DNA of 64,000 nt from Adineta vaga (GCA_021613535.1 CP075497.1:6324001-6388000); one strand, 5' to 3'. Counted from the stretch's first letter, positions 1-13,686 are shown. Numbers and translations are program-made. Notes: generated from the sequence alone by a model not told the origin.

Positions 1-600
1 AACAAATCGTACTCACTTAATTTTCTTCATATTCTTAATTTTCACATCACAAACATATGCTTTACCTCTTTATCAAGCACCATCAGGTAATATTCATTCG
101 TTGTTTACTGATCTTTTTATATTCATAGTGTATTTTGTTGCTTATTAGTGAATTATAATTCAGTACAGAATTACAATTATAATCAACAATCATTACCTGT
201 TGCTATGGTACAATTATCTGATCGTCCAGTATATCCTCAATCATATAAGATGTATCGACGGTTCCCAAATCAACAAGTAAATACGCATCCAGGTTATTCG
301 AATGCCGCTGTAGTACAAGTTCGACAACCGGCTGCCGTAATTCTTCAAAATCATCCTAATGAACAACAACTAACATTACAATTAAGACGTGAACGACAAC
401 GTCGAGCAATGATTGATAAAATGGTTACTTTATTCGATGAAGATGGTTTGATATTTCTTCAAAAGTAAATTCTAGATGATATGCTTCTATTTTTATACCT
501 AGGTAATGGTCAATTGACAAAAGAAGAGTTATATTCATTGGCTTTACGTTCGAATATATTTCCAAAATTTCATTATTATTTGAAGCAGACACCGATCTAG
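1..600 (+). CDS. Small, probably secreted Q/N/P-rich protein with one C-terminal EF-hand (start lies upstream of window)
   Basis: Exons <1-86, 149-445, 503-600 with GT-AG introns. Splicing restores the EF-hand loop FDEDGNGQLTKEEL. The open 5' frame reads TNRTHLIFFIFLIFTSQTYALP, which resembles a signal peptide. Confidence 0.7.
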
Positions 601-873
601 ATAATTTTCTTTCAGTTTGAATTTACAAGAAGAATAGTTCTCATCATCTGCTACTGGATTTATACGTGGTTCTATCTGTATATGTATAATGTGTCCTCGT
701 TTTTTTCTTTTTGTCTTTATTGTTGTTACTTCTTCTTTTTCCTTTTTTCTTTTGAGCAATATGGAATGAAGAGATAAATTAGGAATGTGTAATGAAGGAT
801 TATTTATTTAGAAGAAAATGAAAGAATTCGTATGGTAGATATTTAAAGACAACAATCGTAAGAATTCCAAGTT

Positions 874-1548
874 TTATTTGGTACTGATGGAATTGGTGTT
901 GAACATAATGGCATTGTCGTTTGACGAGCATGGCGTCCAATAGGAATTATTATTTTGAAAATTTTGACATCGATTGGTGTTATAGGTATTAGTGGTACAA
1001 CAATCGATTGGACAACATGCATCATTAGTTGTTGAAGTCCATAATTGACGTTCTTGAGGATCGTTTTGATTTGAGCTAAAAAATGATCTAAACAAATTAG
1101 ACGGAATATATTTTTCAAGAAACAATTTGAAGAGTTCGGTTTGTTACTCTTTTGTACGATCATTGTTTTTTGATTGATGTTCTGCTCGTTTGTTATTGTC
1201 ATAGCATCGTGCAAAAATAGCTCGATCGTAATTAAGTACTCGATCTTTTTGTGTTGAGATTTGATTATCATAATAAAAACTACCATAAGACATATTGGTT
1301 GTTTTATATCTTTCTGCTGGTCGACAAATACAAGCAATAGTACGATTTGTTGGAGTATTGCCACAATCGGATGAATATATTGTTTTGTAAAGTTGTTGAA
1401 GAGGACGAAAACAACTTGATGGAGTACAATCGTTCGTATTGTTATTTATCGAATTATTACAACCATTTGTAGAGGAAAACATTGTTTGACATGGATTTAT
1501 ACAGTTATAGGATGGTAAACTATTATTAGTTGCATTGTAAGAAAACAT
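874..1548 (-). CDS. Hypothetical Cys/Asn-rich protein (2 exons)
   Basis: ATG at 1548 (MFSYNATNN). ORFs 1144-1761 and 874-1125 are in the same frame and are joined by a ~60-nt GTAAC...TTTAG intron that removes the TAA at 1144-1146. Confidence 0.55.
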
Positions 1549-2010
1549 TATCGTATGTCGAAATCGAACAAAAAGAAAAGATTTAGAATAGAAAAATAGA
1601 GTTTCGTAGTTCGAGAAAAAATGAAAAAATGAATCAACGCGCTTAAATACAAAAATAAAGTATACGATGTACAGTAATGATATCAAAAATCTTTGTGATA
1701 AATGGGACTCTTGCTCTATAAGTACGTTATAAAAGAACAATGTAGTCATACGATCTAGCATTTATAACATTAGTATAAAGAGATAGATATATTTTACTTG
1801 GAAAGTATAGTTGAATGTACTTTCACTAAATCGAAACTGTTTTTCTGATGACAAAAATTCAAGTTAACTAATGCCATCTATTAGATTTTATTTTATTTTG
1901 AAATCTTCCAATCCATTGACTTACCTATATCGTCGGAAGAAGTCGAAAAAAGAAGTAAAGCTGATTTGAGCAGTCAGCATATTTTTTATTATTAAAAGAT
2001 CAATATTATT

Positions 2011-2727
2011 ATGGGAACAAATGCAGAATTCAATCTTCGATTTACGAAGAAAATGATTGAAAAAGAAGCATCTGCAGCTGAGAAAAAATATGAAACAAGT
2101 CGGAAAAAAGCTTTGGATGCATTGAAAAAATCTGGTGATATAGAAACAGCTCGTATTTATGCTGAAACAGCCGTTCAAAATCGAACAGCACATAATCAAT
2201 TTTTAATGATGGCATCACGAATTGATAGTGTCGTTGCTAAAGTAATTCAACTGAAAAAATAATTCAGTTAGACTTAAATTTCTTTTGCTTTGTATTTAGG
2301 TTCAACAAGCAAATGCACAAAATCTAATGATGAAAAACATGAGTCAAGTAAATAAAATGCTGGAAAATGTGAATAAAGAAATGAATGCTGGTGAATTATC
2401 AAAAGTAATGGATAAATTCGAACAAGTTAGTACAGAAAATATTTTCTTTTTCAAAAGTTGAAACAAATCTCAATGAAATTCTAGGCATTTGAAGAATTTG
2501 ATGTGAAAGAACAAGTGATGAATAACGCAATGAATGAAGTTATGGCTACCAGTACACCAACTGAAGCTGTTCAAGATCTTCTACGTCAAATTGCAGATGA
2601 AAATCATTTAGATATTCGTGCTCAACTCGATGCTATTCCAACAATTCAACATTCAATAGCAACACCAGCTCAACAAGAAGCTTCAGCACAAAGTAGTCGT
2701 TTAGCTGCTCTTCGTCATGCTATTTAA
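2011..2727 (+). CDS. CHMP1: ESCRT-III subunit CHMP1 (Did2/Vps46)
   Basis: 3 exons (~2011-2241, 2300-2425, 2485-2727). Motifs FNLRFTKK, ARIYAETAV, MASRIDSV, MDKFEQAFEEFDV and C-terminal MIM-like SRLAALR. Confidence 0.9.
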
Positions 2728-3478
2728 TAAATGCTTATACTTGTTATTACTAACATTATGATAATCATCTACACTTATTAGTTCTTAGTAATTACATGAA
2801 ATTGTATTTTTTCTTGTTCGTCAGACTTTATTGAAGATTACATTTATTAACAATCAGTCAGATTATGAATCTAAAATCTATTTCTTAAGTATGATATGCA
2901 GAGATTTATTTTCATTCTTTATAATATTGTTTCAAAACACAAGAAATTTCATCATCAATAGAAAAACTGATAGTGAGAGAAAATGATCGTAGATGGATTT
3001 TCGAGTGATGACGCTTATTATGTTATTTTCTCTATTATTATTCGCTTCTTTCTATGAAAGTGATCATATTTTACTTTTTGTTTTTTTCCATGCTTGTTTT
3101 GTTTTATTCTACATTATGTTTTGTAAAACATTCGTCTTGCTTCAGGTATTGGTAGGAAAAAGTTGATTTGGATAGATATTGACGAGAAATAATGCTAAGA
3201 AAGATGTTTTTTTCCGACTCTATTACATTTTCTGATGTCTTGATTAAAAAGCACATGACAAATATGACTCATCGTAAATTTATTTTAAATTCATAGTTAC
3301 TGTATTCGGATTTTACCCAATGGTTTTTTCCCAGTCAATGTTATTAACAGAATAGTATATACGACACATGTGAGTTTTATAAAGTAACATTCTGGAAAGA
3401 GAACGATGTAAATGAAGAGAATGCGTGCAACGTCATTGATAAACAAACTGATACTTGGATGAAATTCTTTCGTTTTAG

Positions 3479-6106
3479 ATGATGGTCTTTAATATAAAGA
3501 GTGTCGTTGATGGCAATCTAAAGACTGCACAAATGATACAATCCTTCAAGGTTAAAACCATCACGATATTGTGGGAATATTTTTTTTAAATGAAAACAAT
3601 TTTGTTTCATTGTAGAAAAGTCTTATAACGCAATACACTTCATCTCCATCACATGGTTTTATTCGCAGAAAACTAGCAGCATTTATCTTAAAACAAGAGA
3701 ACCTAAATATGACCAATGAAGATGATAGTCAGATCGATGAGTACATTGATCAATATGTAATTCAATTGAAAGTTCGCGATAATCAAACAAATGTTCCTCG
3801 AACAGATGATGTATATCTAGAATGTTTAATTCGATCACGTTTTAATGAAGATCGAGCTTTCTTCATGTTAAATCATCATCGACCGAATTTAGTATGTTTT
3901 AATCTATATATATATATGTATGACATTTGATCTCAATTAGAAACCACCTGTAGACGAATCGATCGCTCAAAAGCCATCGAAGATATCATTAAATCAGTCA
4001 GTAGAATATTTAAGACAGCAGTTTGATTTATTAAATAAATTCAGTAATAAAAACAGCGATCCTGCACAATTGTCGAGTGAAAAAGTTGTGAGTATAGTGA
4101 CTATAAACAAACTAAATATCTATTACAATGCTTTTTATTCAGGTATCGAGAAATGTTCAACATCTTCTACCAGCTATACGTCAACTTTATCAAAAAAATA
4201 ACAATCAATCAGAGAATGAAATATTGTTTTCGGTATTTAGAGAAAAGAAAATCATTTGTGTTTATATAACTATTTTTTGTTAAGAAAATGTGTCGTTTAA
4301 TTTATGCTGAATTGTCACGCAGCATTGGTCCACAATTACCTGTTAAAATTGAAACACTTGCCCGACTTTTATGCGATGCGGAGACTGAAATTATTGAAAA
4401 TTTAGATTTAGTAACACTTGAGAGTATGCTATCTTTGGGTGGCAGAATCCATGATAATTTCGAATCCCATGCGAAAAATATATTATCTTTCATGTGTCCA
4501 ATATGTAACATATCATATCCACGAACACAAATAGAAAACATGTTTTTATGTGAACACGAATATTGTCTAATTTGTGTTAAAAAGTATTATGAACAAACAA
4601 TTTATAAAATAACAGATTTGGCATCATTGAATAAACTGACATGTATTGAAAAGTATGAAAAAATTACATCGGAAAAACGAACGGACTTTTTTGTTTGGTT
4701 GGAATCCAAAGTAGGTCGTGTGTAGAGAAGTCTTCTTTAGCTTCAGGACTTTTTTCTTTAGATCGGCCAATGGTTTCAAGATAAACCAGACCTTATTAAG
4801 TTATATCATCGTAATTTATTTATCGCATCGGCTGGTAAAGACATAAAGAAATGCGGCAATACAAAGGTAAAATGTTTTTTTTCTAATCTTTAAAACATCT
4901 GCTTTTTCTAATATTCACTATAGTGTGAAAGTTATTTTATTACCGATGATAATAATCAAGATATCCGTGCTGTTTATTGTCCCGATTGTAATTATGCTCA
5001 GTGCTGTCAATGCACGAAAAAAGTAAGTTATTACTATCTATCGATCGATTCGTTTTAATTTTGATGAGATTTAGTGGTACTCCGATCATATAGATAAAGA
5101 TTGCGATGAATATAATGAATGGTTAATAGATCATGATCCAGAAGATGAAGGTGTGCGGACCATATTATATTTACGTGACACTGCTATTGTATGTCCAAAT
5201 AAAGAATGTGGTACTATTTGTGAATAGTATGTTGAACAATCTAAGAAAATGATAAATGATTTATTTTATTTGGATTGTAGTGAAGCCGGAGGTTGTGAAC
5301 ACTTTACTTGTCCACAATGTAAAACAGATTTTTGTCGAATGTGTTCGACACTCTTTTGTTCGCCAAAAAAAGGACAGGTATTATTCGTTGTTAATAGATT
5401 TTAAAATGAATAAATTATTCTGTTTAGAATTGTAAAAATGCAAATTGTAACTTAGGAAATACTCTTCATGCTCATTGTTCTTTGAATTGTTTCCGAGAAA
5501 CTCGAATTGGTGAAATCAATGCGATTCTTAAATTATTGGCAGTAAATATCACTCTTTGTTTTGCCATTTTCCATATCACATACCTTGTTGTCTTTATAAA
5601 GGATCATCAGATAGATGGACTTGAAGAATTAAGAAAATCTTTCGAATCACCACAAGAAATCTGTTCCATTAGTGGCTGTAATAAAGTCACATCAGCAATT
5701 TGTGAAAAGCGACTGTGCGAGTAAGAACTTTTCAGTGATTGTGGTGCATTTAATTCATTATTTTCTTCTTAAATAGAAACTGTTACAAACAATTTCTGTG
5801 CTCGTTAATTTGGCGTTATCGAATCGAACCATGGTAAGTAACAGGAAAAATACAATATTTCTTAGCATTCTTTTTCCCTAGGGATATCTACGAAGACAAT
5901 AATCTGCAACAAATGCTGAAAAGAGCGTCTGTTGCTATTCCGAATGATTCTACGCGGAATAATTTAATTTTAGTAAGCTAAAAAAACAATTGTAATCACT
6001 ATCTCTTAACTAATCTTTTTTATTTCTTTTAGTTATGTAAACAAAATTTAAAAGAATTATTGGGTAAACCAAAGACATTGAGAAAACCTAGAGTGCTCAA
6101 AACCTG
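3479..6106 (+). CDS. HOIP/RNF31-like RBR E3 ubiquitin ligase with LDD-like C-terminus
   Basis: Multi-exon gene. RING1 CPIC..CEHEYCLIC; IBR CPDCNYAQCCQCTKKW..H..DC..Y.EW...HDPE; RING2 CPNKEC..AGGCEHFTCPQCKTDFCRMC; then C..C..LHAH..C and LCENCYKQFLCSLI..IEPWDIYE, resembling the HOIP LDD. Start codon uncertain. Confidence 0.75.
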
Positions 6107-6464
6107 AATACTTCCAGATGCGCAATTTAAAACGAACGTTTTTAAATCTGTTTTTTTTGTCGTATTATTTTTTTTCTAATATATTTTCATAGAAAAACGG
6201 TGACTCTAACTTTACATATATATATATGTATTATTTATAAATAAAACAGAAATATAATAAACATTTCATATTTTAGATCTGATACAATCTTATGTTGGTT
6301 TTTACTTATTCTTGGATATGTTAATACTAGAGGTTTTATTGAAGTTCTGAGTATCTGCGAACAAATTCGTGACATGATTCTCAAGGAAAGAATTTGATAT
6401 TCATATACATATATATGATGTTATTTAGATTTATTTTCTTGATATTTCTTTGCTCGTATCATAA

Positions 6465-7829
6465 ATGGCAACTGGTGGTGATTTTCGAAATATGAATTCT
6501 AGCTCCTCGTCAGCATCATCCAGTCGAAATGGCACCCCTGCTTATTATTCAGTAAGTATAAGAAAAATAAATGTTTTACAAATGTTTCCTTTTCTCAGAA
6601 TCTTGCAAAACAATCTGTCACTCAAATATAAAAAAAACTAGATTTTTTCCGAAGGTAACAGCAGTTATCTACTCTGTTATATATTTAGTCTGGTCGAAAT
6701 AATTCTTCGTTTAATTCTTATCAATCATCTGATCCAAATCAAATGACATTAGATATTGTCAATGAATTTAAAGTAATAAATGAGATTTATGTCAATACTT
6801 AGATCAAAATTTACCTTGATCCTTATTTCAGAAAACAGTTCAAGACAAAGTTCGACGACATGAACCAATTAATCAATCAACGATTGAATCAGATGTTGCA
6901 GAAATTAAACATCGAATGGATCCTAATCGATATGATACTAATCATTGGAAGAAACAACTTCCAGTGATATTCGTATGTGTTCGGATAGTATTTTACGTGA
7001 ATCAATGGCATATGGAAATGATCCACATCAAACAAAATCTATTATACAAACAAAATTGAATGAACCATCTTCAGATCGTGATCCTGTCGATACGTCTCTC
7101 AATAATATTGCAGAATCTTTAAGCGGACTTCGTGATGATTTAAAAAAGAATCCATTAAAAAATCTATTTCGCGCAGTTCATGATATTGATGATCGTGATT
7201 CTGATGTAATTCTTTTTTTTTGTATGATTTATTTTTGTACATGGATCATTTATTTTCTAGCGTGCCGATCGTTTATTCCTGAGTGAAGCTCATCACTTCA
7301 CTCCTGGTATTCAAGAATATACATTTCATGATGCACATAATGCAGTACAAGCAATTCGTGCAACAAATTGTCAATCAGACGATCCAGATGATCTTCTTGC
7401 GATTATAAAAACATGTCGATCATTGGATGAAGTTCAACAATATCTAACGGAAAAAGTATCAAAATCAGTAAAACATCAAGTGAGACGTATTTAACTTTAG
7501 CTCGAGATTTCCATTTCTAAACAAATGATTTCAGAATGAGCCAACAACTACAACATCACAGTTGTCGAATAGTTATCATCGTCCAACTTCCTAAAAGTGA
7601 TCATTCAAATCGTTCGAGTAACAACAATACTCCAATACTTCGATACAATCCACCACAAAGTCCTTTTTCATCAACAGGTAAACAAAGAAAATACACGCTA
7701 ACTATTTCTATTTCATCCCGAATATTAAAAAAGACAGTAATTCCTCTCATTTGCTTAATAGAATGTACATCACAATCACCAACTAATCTTCTTACAAGAG
7801 ATAGATCCAATGAAAGTAAATATAACTGA
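6465..7829 (+). CDS. Hypothetical protein, multi-exon, possibly disrupted (apparent frameshifts near 6940 and 7585)
   Basis: ATG 6465 (MATGGDFRN) followed by consistent GT-AG introns. The coding-like frame switches at ...GATACTAA/TCATTGGAA (~6940) and again near 7585. Confidence 0.5.
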
Positions 7830-7995
7830 TTCTTTATTTTTCATCATTGTCTCTATTTTATTATGTCTATTATATAGATTTTGTCCGTCATGAATTCGAT
7901 AGAAAATGATTTATTAACGAATAACATATTTTATCTTTAATCAAAAAATTGTTTTAAAGTTTGTATCGAAAAAAAAATGTATTAGTTTTTTTTGT

Positions 7996-10930
7996 TTATT
8001 CTTGATGTATGGGAACAAAGAATATCACAGCTGCATGGATAAATATCAAACAAATTAATATCCAGAGATAATGCATTGAATACGAACAACAAATTTGACT
8101 AATTAATGCTAATGAAATAAGAAAGAGGCGATTGTTATTGAAAAGAATGGATTTCATCGTTTGAATTGATCGAGATTGAGTACGATCGAATAGAAATCGA
8201 AGATAGAACGCTCCAGTACAACATATTGCTGAGAATAATGATGGATCAGACATGATTATATAAAGTGGTAATAAACCTTGAACAAATATGCTTTTAACAT
8301 GAACAATAAATCCAGTTAAGTTTAGGCAAACTAAAAGACTATGAAATAGAAGTAAAGTCGTTAGAATTTCTTTGACACGTTGATTAAGTGTTCCACGCCA
8401 CATAACATGAAGTAAAGCTATAAGAAATAAAGTTATATGACCATTCGAACCACTAAATACAAATGTTGATAACAATGGCATGCTTAATATAATCCATTGA
8501 ATTATACGAAGATATACAGGTTGATGACTCATTTCATAATGAAGGAAAAGTACACCTGGATGTAATAATGAACGACTTATATCAAATATAAGATAATCAA
8601 CAATAAATGATATCATTGCCCAAAGACTCATTGCCACTAGATAAAGAATGAATGGTAATAAGAAGAAATAATAACCATTTGAATGAATATTAACAACAAA
8701 ATCAGCTGTTGGAAATAATAAAATAATCATTTTATAAAGTAAAGTAATTATTATAGCGATAGGAATATGAATTTGCCATGCAAGTATTGTTTGATATGTT
8801 CGTAGTCGAGTATCAATGACTTGCATTGAATAAGATACACATAGAACAGTAAAAAGAAATGTTGGTAATAGAAATATATAATAACGAATTAATTGTGCAA
8901 GAATATCAATAAATGAATAATGAATTTCAAGTGTATAGGAAGATTTTGGATCAAGAAAAAGTTCAAGAGAAGGATATTGATTTGATGAAATAGTTGTAGG
9001 TAATCGATGAAGTTTTAAACGCATTTGTCGATGAAGAGATTTTGGAAGAGTCGATGATGGAGATGAAGGATTACGTAAAGTAACTAGATTGTATAGATCT
9101 TCATTAGACCATGGAACATGAAAATGAATCAATGGAATTTGTTGATTATCAGATTTAAGATAAACATTGTAAACTTGCCAAAGATGAGCTAATGTTGGAA
9201 AGACAAGTTTTTTATAACCAATTTGTTTTAAAGATAAGGTATGTGAACCAAAACTTGAAAAGAAGAAGAAAATCAATCTAATTTTAAACATGATTTTTAT
9301 GTTACTTACGTTGAGAGATCAACTATTTCTTCAGTATTGTCAGTTTGATATACATCAAATTGAGATTTTTGATTTTCTAATCGAATTAGAATTGAATCAT
9401 ATTGTTTGACAGATTCATCTAAGTTTCGTCGATCAAATCGAATCATTTTACGATTACCATAAGTTGGAGGAATTGGTAGAAGAGTATTGGATATATCTGT
9501 AATCTTTTCATCATTTTTTAGATAAATTCGTGCATTTGTTGAATGAATAATAGTTGTATGATATTTCGAATCTTTCAATGGTATTAAATAATCATTATCA
9601 TCTTTTCGACGAATTGATAGAATCGATTCAGTAACAGTAATTGGGTTTTTATTTGAAATTAACGTTGCGTTTAATCCAAGATTATAATCAATTGTTGGTA
9701 AAAAATGTTTTTTGAGTATCTAAAATATAAGAATACAAATATGATTGATATTCGAAATAAACTAACCTTCATTATTTCTTCCGAATTTTGATTTTTTCCT
9801 TGTGTAATTTCAAGTAATGCGCGTGTTGTTGTTAATACTAATTGTCGACACCAGACAATACAACGATGATCAGTAGATGTCCATACATGTGGAACAGCAC
9901 TTGTTAAAACATCAATTGATCGACTTTCATCAGTCAAACCATTCAATGAACATAGATCACTTCGAACTAGATGATCTCTAAAATTATTGAAGAGAATTTT
10001 TGTTTTCAAAGTTTTGAAAAGAAATCAAACATACCGATCTCCACCAGCTAATGAAACTAAAATGATATGTTGAAGTGAATTATTCCATTCATCTTTCCAA
10101 TATTGATTTACACGAGAATAAAAATTCATTACATAACTATCCGAATGAATGACTGGTGCTTGATGTGGTGTCGCTTGTGTAATTATTAAACGAACAGTAT
10201 TTGGATCAAATAAATTCGATGGTAGTGTAAAAACAGCACCTAATTATTTCTATCGAATGAGTTTTCTTTTTGAATTTGAATTTAAACTTACGAGATAGAA
10301 GACCACCAATAGAATTTCCAACAAGAATGATTGTTTGCTTTGTTTTATATAGCGATAGAATTTGTCGAATTGCATGAGCAACAAACTGAGTTTGTTGTTC
10401 GAGAACTCCACCAAATAAAGCTGAAAGTTCTTCATTGAAATCAATCGAAAAGAAATCTAATTGTTTTTGTTTATCACCCATACGATAAGCAACAGAACCT
10501 AGGGAACGAACTTGACGATAACTATCAGCATTACCAACGATGAATAGAACCGGTGAACCTAAATAAAGAGATTTTTCGTTTTTCTTGAAGATACAAAAAA
10601 AACCCTTCTCATACCAGAGAAATGATTTCGTTCATGAGCTTCACATCGAACACCTTCACAATAGGAATAGAGTGCATACCGACGGAATCGAATTTGAACA
10701 TCTTCAGGCATTGCAATTCGATGATATGTAGGATTTTCAAACATGTATGTCATTTCTAATTGAAATTTGAAGAATATTTTTTTGTTTTATAGATAAGAAA
10801 TGAACAAAAATTTACCACAATAGTTTAATTCATGTCGAAATAGATATCCAGCAAGTGCCAAAAAAAATAAGCTGATTATCACAAGAAAAACTAGATTTTG
10901 AACGATTGAAAATATCGTTCGTGAAGACAT
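7996..10930 (-). CDS. PGAP1: GPI inositol-deacylase (PGAP1/Bst1)
   Basis: N-terminal TM then MTYMFENPTY, PVLFIVGNADSYRQVRSLGS, FFSIDFNEELSALFGG..L..QTQFV, lipase elbow VGNSIGG, SLAGGDRDHLV, VPHVWTSTDHRCIVWCRQL; multi-TM C-terminus in ORF 7996-9291. Confidence 0.92.
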
Positions 10931-11832
10931 TTTATGAAAACGATGTAAATAATTGTCGATGTTATATATCAACCTTTATTTTATATCTACGCATGAACGA
11001 TTGTACAATTTTTCGGTGTTTATACACATACATATATATTATATATACAGGTAGGCAACCAAACTGATGAATCATCAAGCCTATCAAATTCAACCATTCA
11101 TTTTTCAAGGCGCTGTATGTTGGTGACTTTTTCTTGTACTTTAAATATGTTTTCTACTTATTCTTGCAATAATTATTGTCATTGTATAGACACATATATA
11201 TATATATCAGACACGCCATGACAATTATCAAACTAATGCACAAATTAATTAACTGTGTTCGTTTAAATGCCAACGCATGCAGTGTCAAGTTTGATAATGA
11301 CGTACTGAGTGTGTTAATAGTCATATTTTTGAAACTTTAGGGCGTGTAGAATGGATTGATTTGTATGAATAATTTCAAATCAGATCTCCGTCAGTAGATG
11401 AACTTATTGATGAAAAGTGTAATCTTTTACAAATTAAGGTCAATCAATAATAGAGAAGTACGTTGAAAATAAAGGTTATTGAGATACCATCAACAAATAA
11501 ATTTAGTTGTTCTTCAATTATCTGAATGTTATTAATATATTCATTTAAAAAGCAAGACATTCAAGATGATTTGCCTATTATTTGTCGATTAATTCAAATT
11601 AAAACTATTTTGTATCTCGTTATACTAAATTTTATCGTTCCTTCATCTTATATAATCTGACTAGACGTTTGTTAGTAACACATGCTTTTATGTATTCTTC
11701 GTCTATTTGTGACATGTCGAAAATTCGATAACATTGAATTAATACATTTAGGATATAAAACAGATTCGAAAATGATGAAATGCATCTTTGCATTTTATTT
11801 TTATTTTATAGATATAATTTCATTCATTCTAT

Positions 11833-12246
11833 ATGAAAATGACTGATTCGAATACTCCTCTATCTCAACCCGAACAAAGTTTGACTAAATTCAAAGGAAG
11901 TTTTACTGATCATCTTGCCAATGAACGAACATTTTTAGCATGGACAAGAACTAGTCTTGGAATTTATGCTTTCGGCTGTGCAATAACACGATTCGGTGGA
12001 ATAGAGAAGATTCCAATAGCATCAAAAAATTCATCTCGTGATCCAAAACCATTAATATCTGGTTTAGTTTTAGTTGCTTGTGGAATCATTACATTACTCT
12101 ACAGTATTTATCGATATTATCGAATTAATCGTCAAATAATCGAAAGAGATTTAACAGAAGTTTCTCAAATACGCGAACCCATTGGTGCATCATTAGTTTT
12201 ACTTTTATCACTAATTGGTATTCTAGTTATTTTTATAATTTTATAA
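11833..12246 (+). CDS. DUF202 (YidH-like) small 3-TM membrane protein, intronless CDS
   Basis: Signature DHLANERTFLAWTRTSLG followed by three hydrophobic helices; 137 aa single ORF. Confidence 0.85.
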   Translation: MKMTDSNTPLSQPEQSLTKFKGSFTDHLANERTFLAWTRTSLGIYAFGCAITRFGGIEKIPIASKNSSRDPKPLISGLVLVACGIITLLYSIYRYYRINRQIIERDLTEVSQIREPIGASLVLLLSLIGILVIFIIL

Positions 12247-12756
12247 GTAAAAATAATAAATTAAAAATATCAATCATCATTCTATTACAAATATTTGTAC
12301 ATCTGTTTCCAAGTTTTTAGAAACATGTTTTAGTTTGTCGTATATTCAGTTAAATTTGTTTTTAAAAACTGATGCTTTATTTGAGATTTATTATTTGGTC
12401 TAATAATACAATCAGATTTCTTCTCTGGATACAAAATTCGATTCATTCGTTAAGATCTATGTGAAATTCATGACAGAATATATCTTCTCAATATGAATTA
12501 TTAACATGAAAAAAGAAGAAGAATTCCATTCTTCAATATTGAAATATATTGCTATTATCTTACTAATATATCCTATTCATATTCTTTGAATACATCTCCA
12601 AATTATAGATAGTATATATAGTCTCTATAGTCTCATATTTTTTAATCAATAGAAAGATAAAATCATTGTTTGAATGCGGTATATCTTAATCTTGTTTTCC
12701 TATTCAAAATACTTTGCTTGTTATTCTTTTTTCTTTCTTCCTCTCATAAATTCACA

Positions 12757-12774
12757 CTCTCTCTCTCTCTCTCT
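12757..12774. repeat. (CT)n microsatellite
   Basis: Direct reading. Confidence 0.9.
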
Positions 12775-13663
12775 GCAAACGAGAAGAAGAAGAAGAAGAA
12801 AAATGAGCGACCAAGTAACATTGAATTGATGCTATAAATGATGATTTACTTCTCTCACTCTCTTTTTTCTTTCTGTTTGTCTTCCGTAAGTAGTGTAGAA
12901 ATAATCAGTAAAAGATATATATATTTGGTAATGAAAAAAAAACGTGGAATAATGTATTAAAGATCAAAAGCGGTTAGGAATTGTATTTGCTTGTTGAAGG
13001 TATCCAGATGTCTGTTTGAATAACAAATATGCTTTTTTTTCCTGTTACTAATTCATTCTTAAGTAAATAAGAAAAAACTTAGTTATTATGGATAAATCTA
13101 ATAGATTCTTGAAAAGTCTTTATTTACTTCCAATGTCAAAATAGAAGTCGTCATTTAGTTCAATAGATAAGAGAAAGAAAACAGAGATTATTCTATTGAT
13201 TGTGTACTTCTTTTTTTCTCTCTTACTTTCTTTCGTTTGACATTAGTGATTATAAAAAGAATGCTTTACTTTTCTCTTTGTTGTCAACTCTTCACCGTTA
13301 CTATAATTAGAAAATTGAGCATGCATATGTTTATACGATCAACAGACATAAATGTCATTGTTCGCTGATATATTGCTTCAATAAGTTTTTGTTACTTTTA
13401 GCTACAAAAGAAAAAAAAACAGTCGTTATGATAGATATTTTCAATGTATACATTTTCTTAGAAATTGAATAAGAGTCGATGTTTTCTCACATGATGATGG
13501 TGGTTTTCTTCTGCTTGCTCCTTTCATACATTTCTTCCACTCATCATTAAGTATTATACAATAGTTGAGATGTGAGTAAGTACGATGCAATGTCTTTTAA
13601 TGATTACTTGAATATAATAATGTATAGAGAATGATAGTGTTATTCTGTAATATATGTAAAAAA

Positions 13664-13686
13664 AGAGAGAGAGAGAGAGAGAGAGA
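13664..13686. repeat. (AG)n microsatellite
   Basis: Direct reading. Confidence 0.9.

Noticed and set aside
1126-1146. Possible stop-codon readthrough joining two in-frame ORFs
   Set aside because: A normal ~60-nt GT-AG intron removes the stop.
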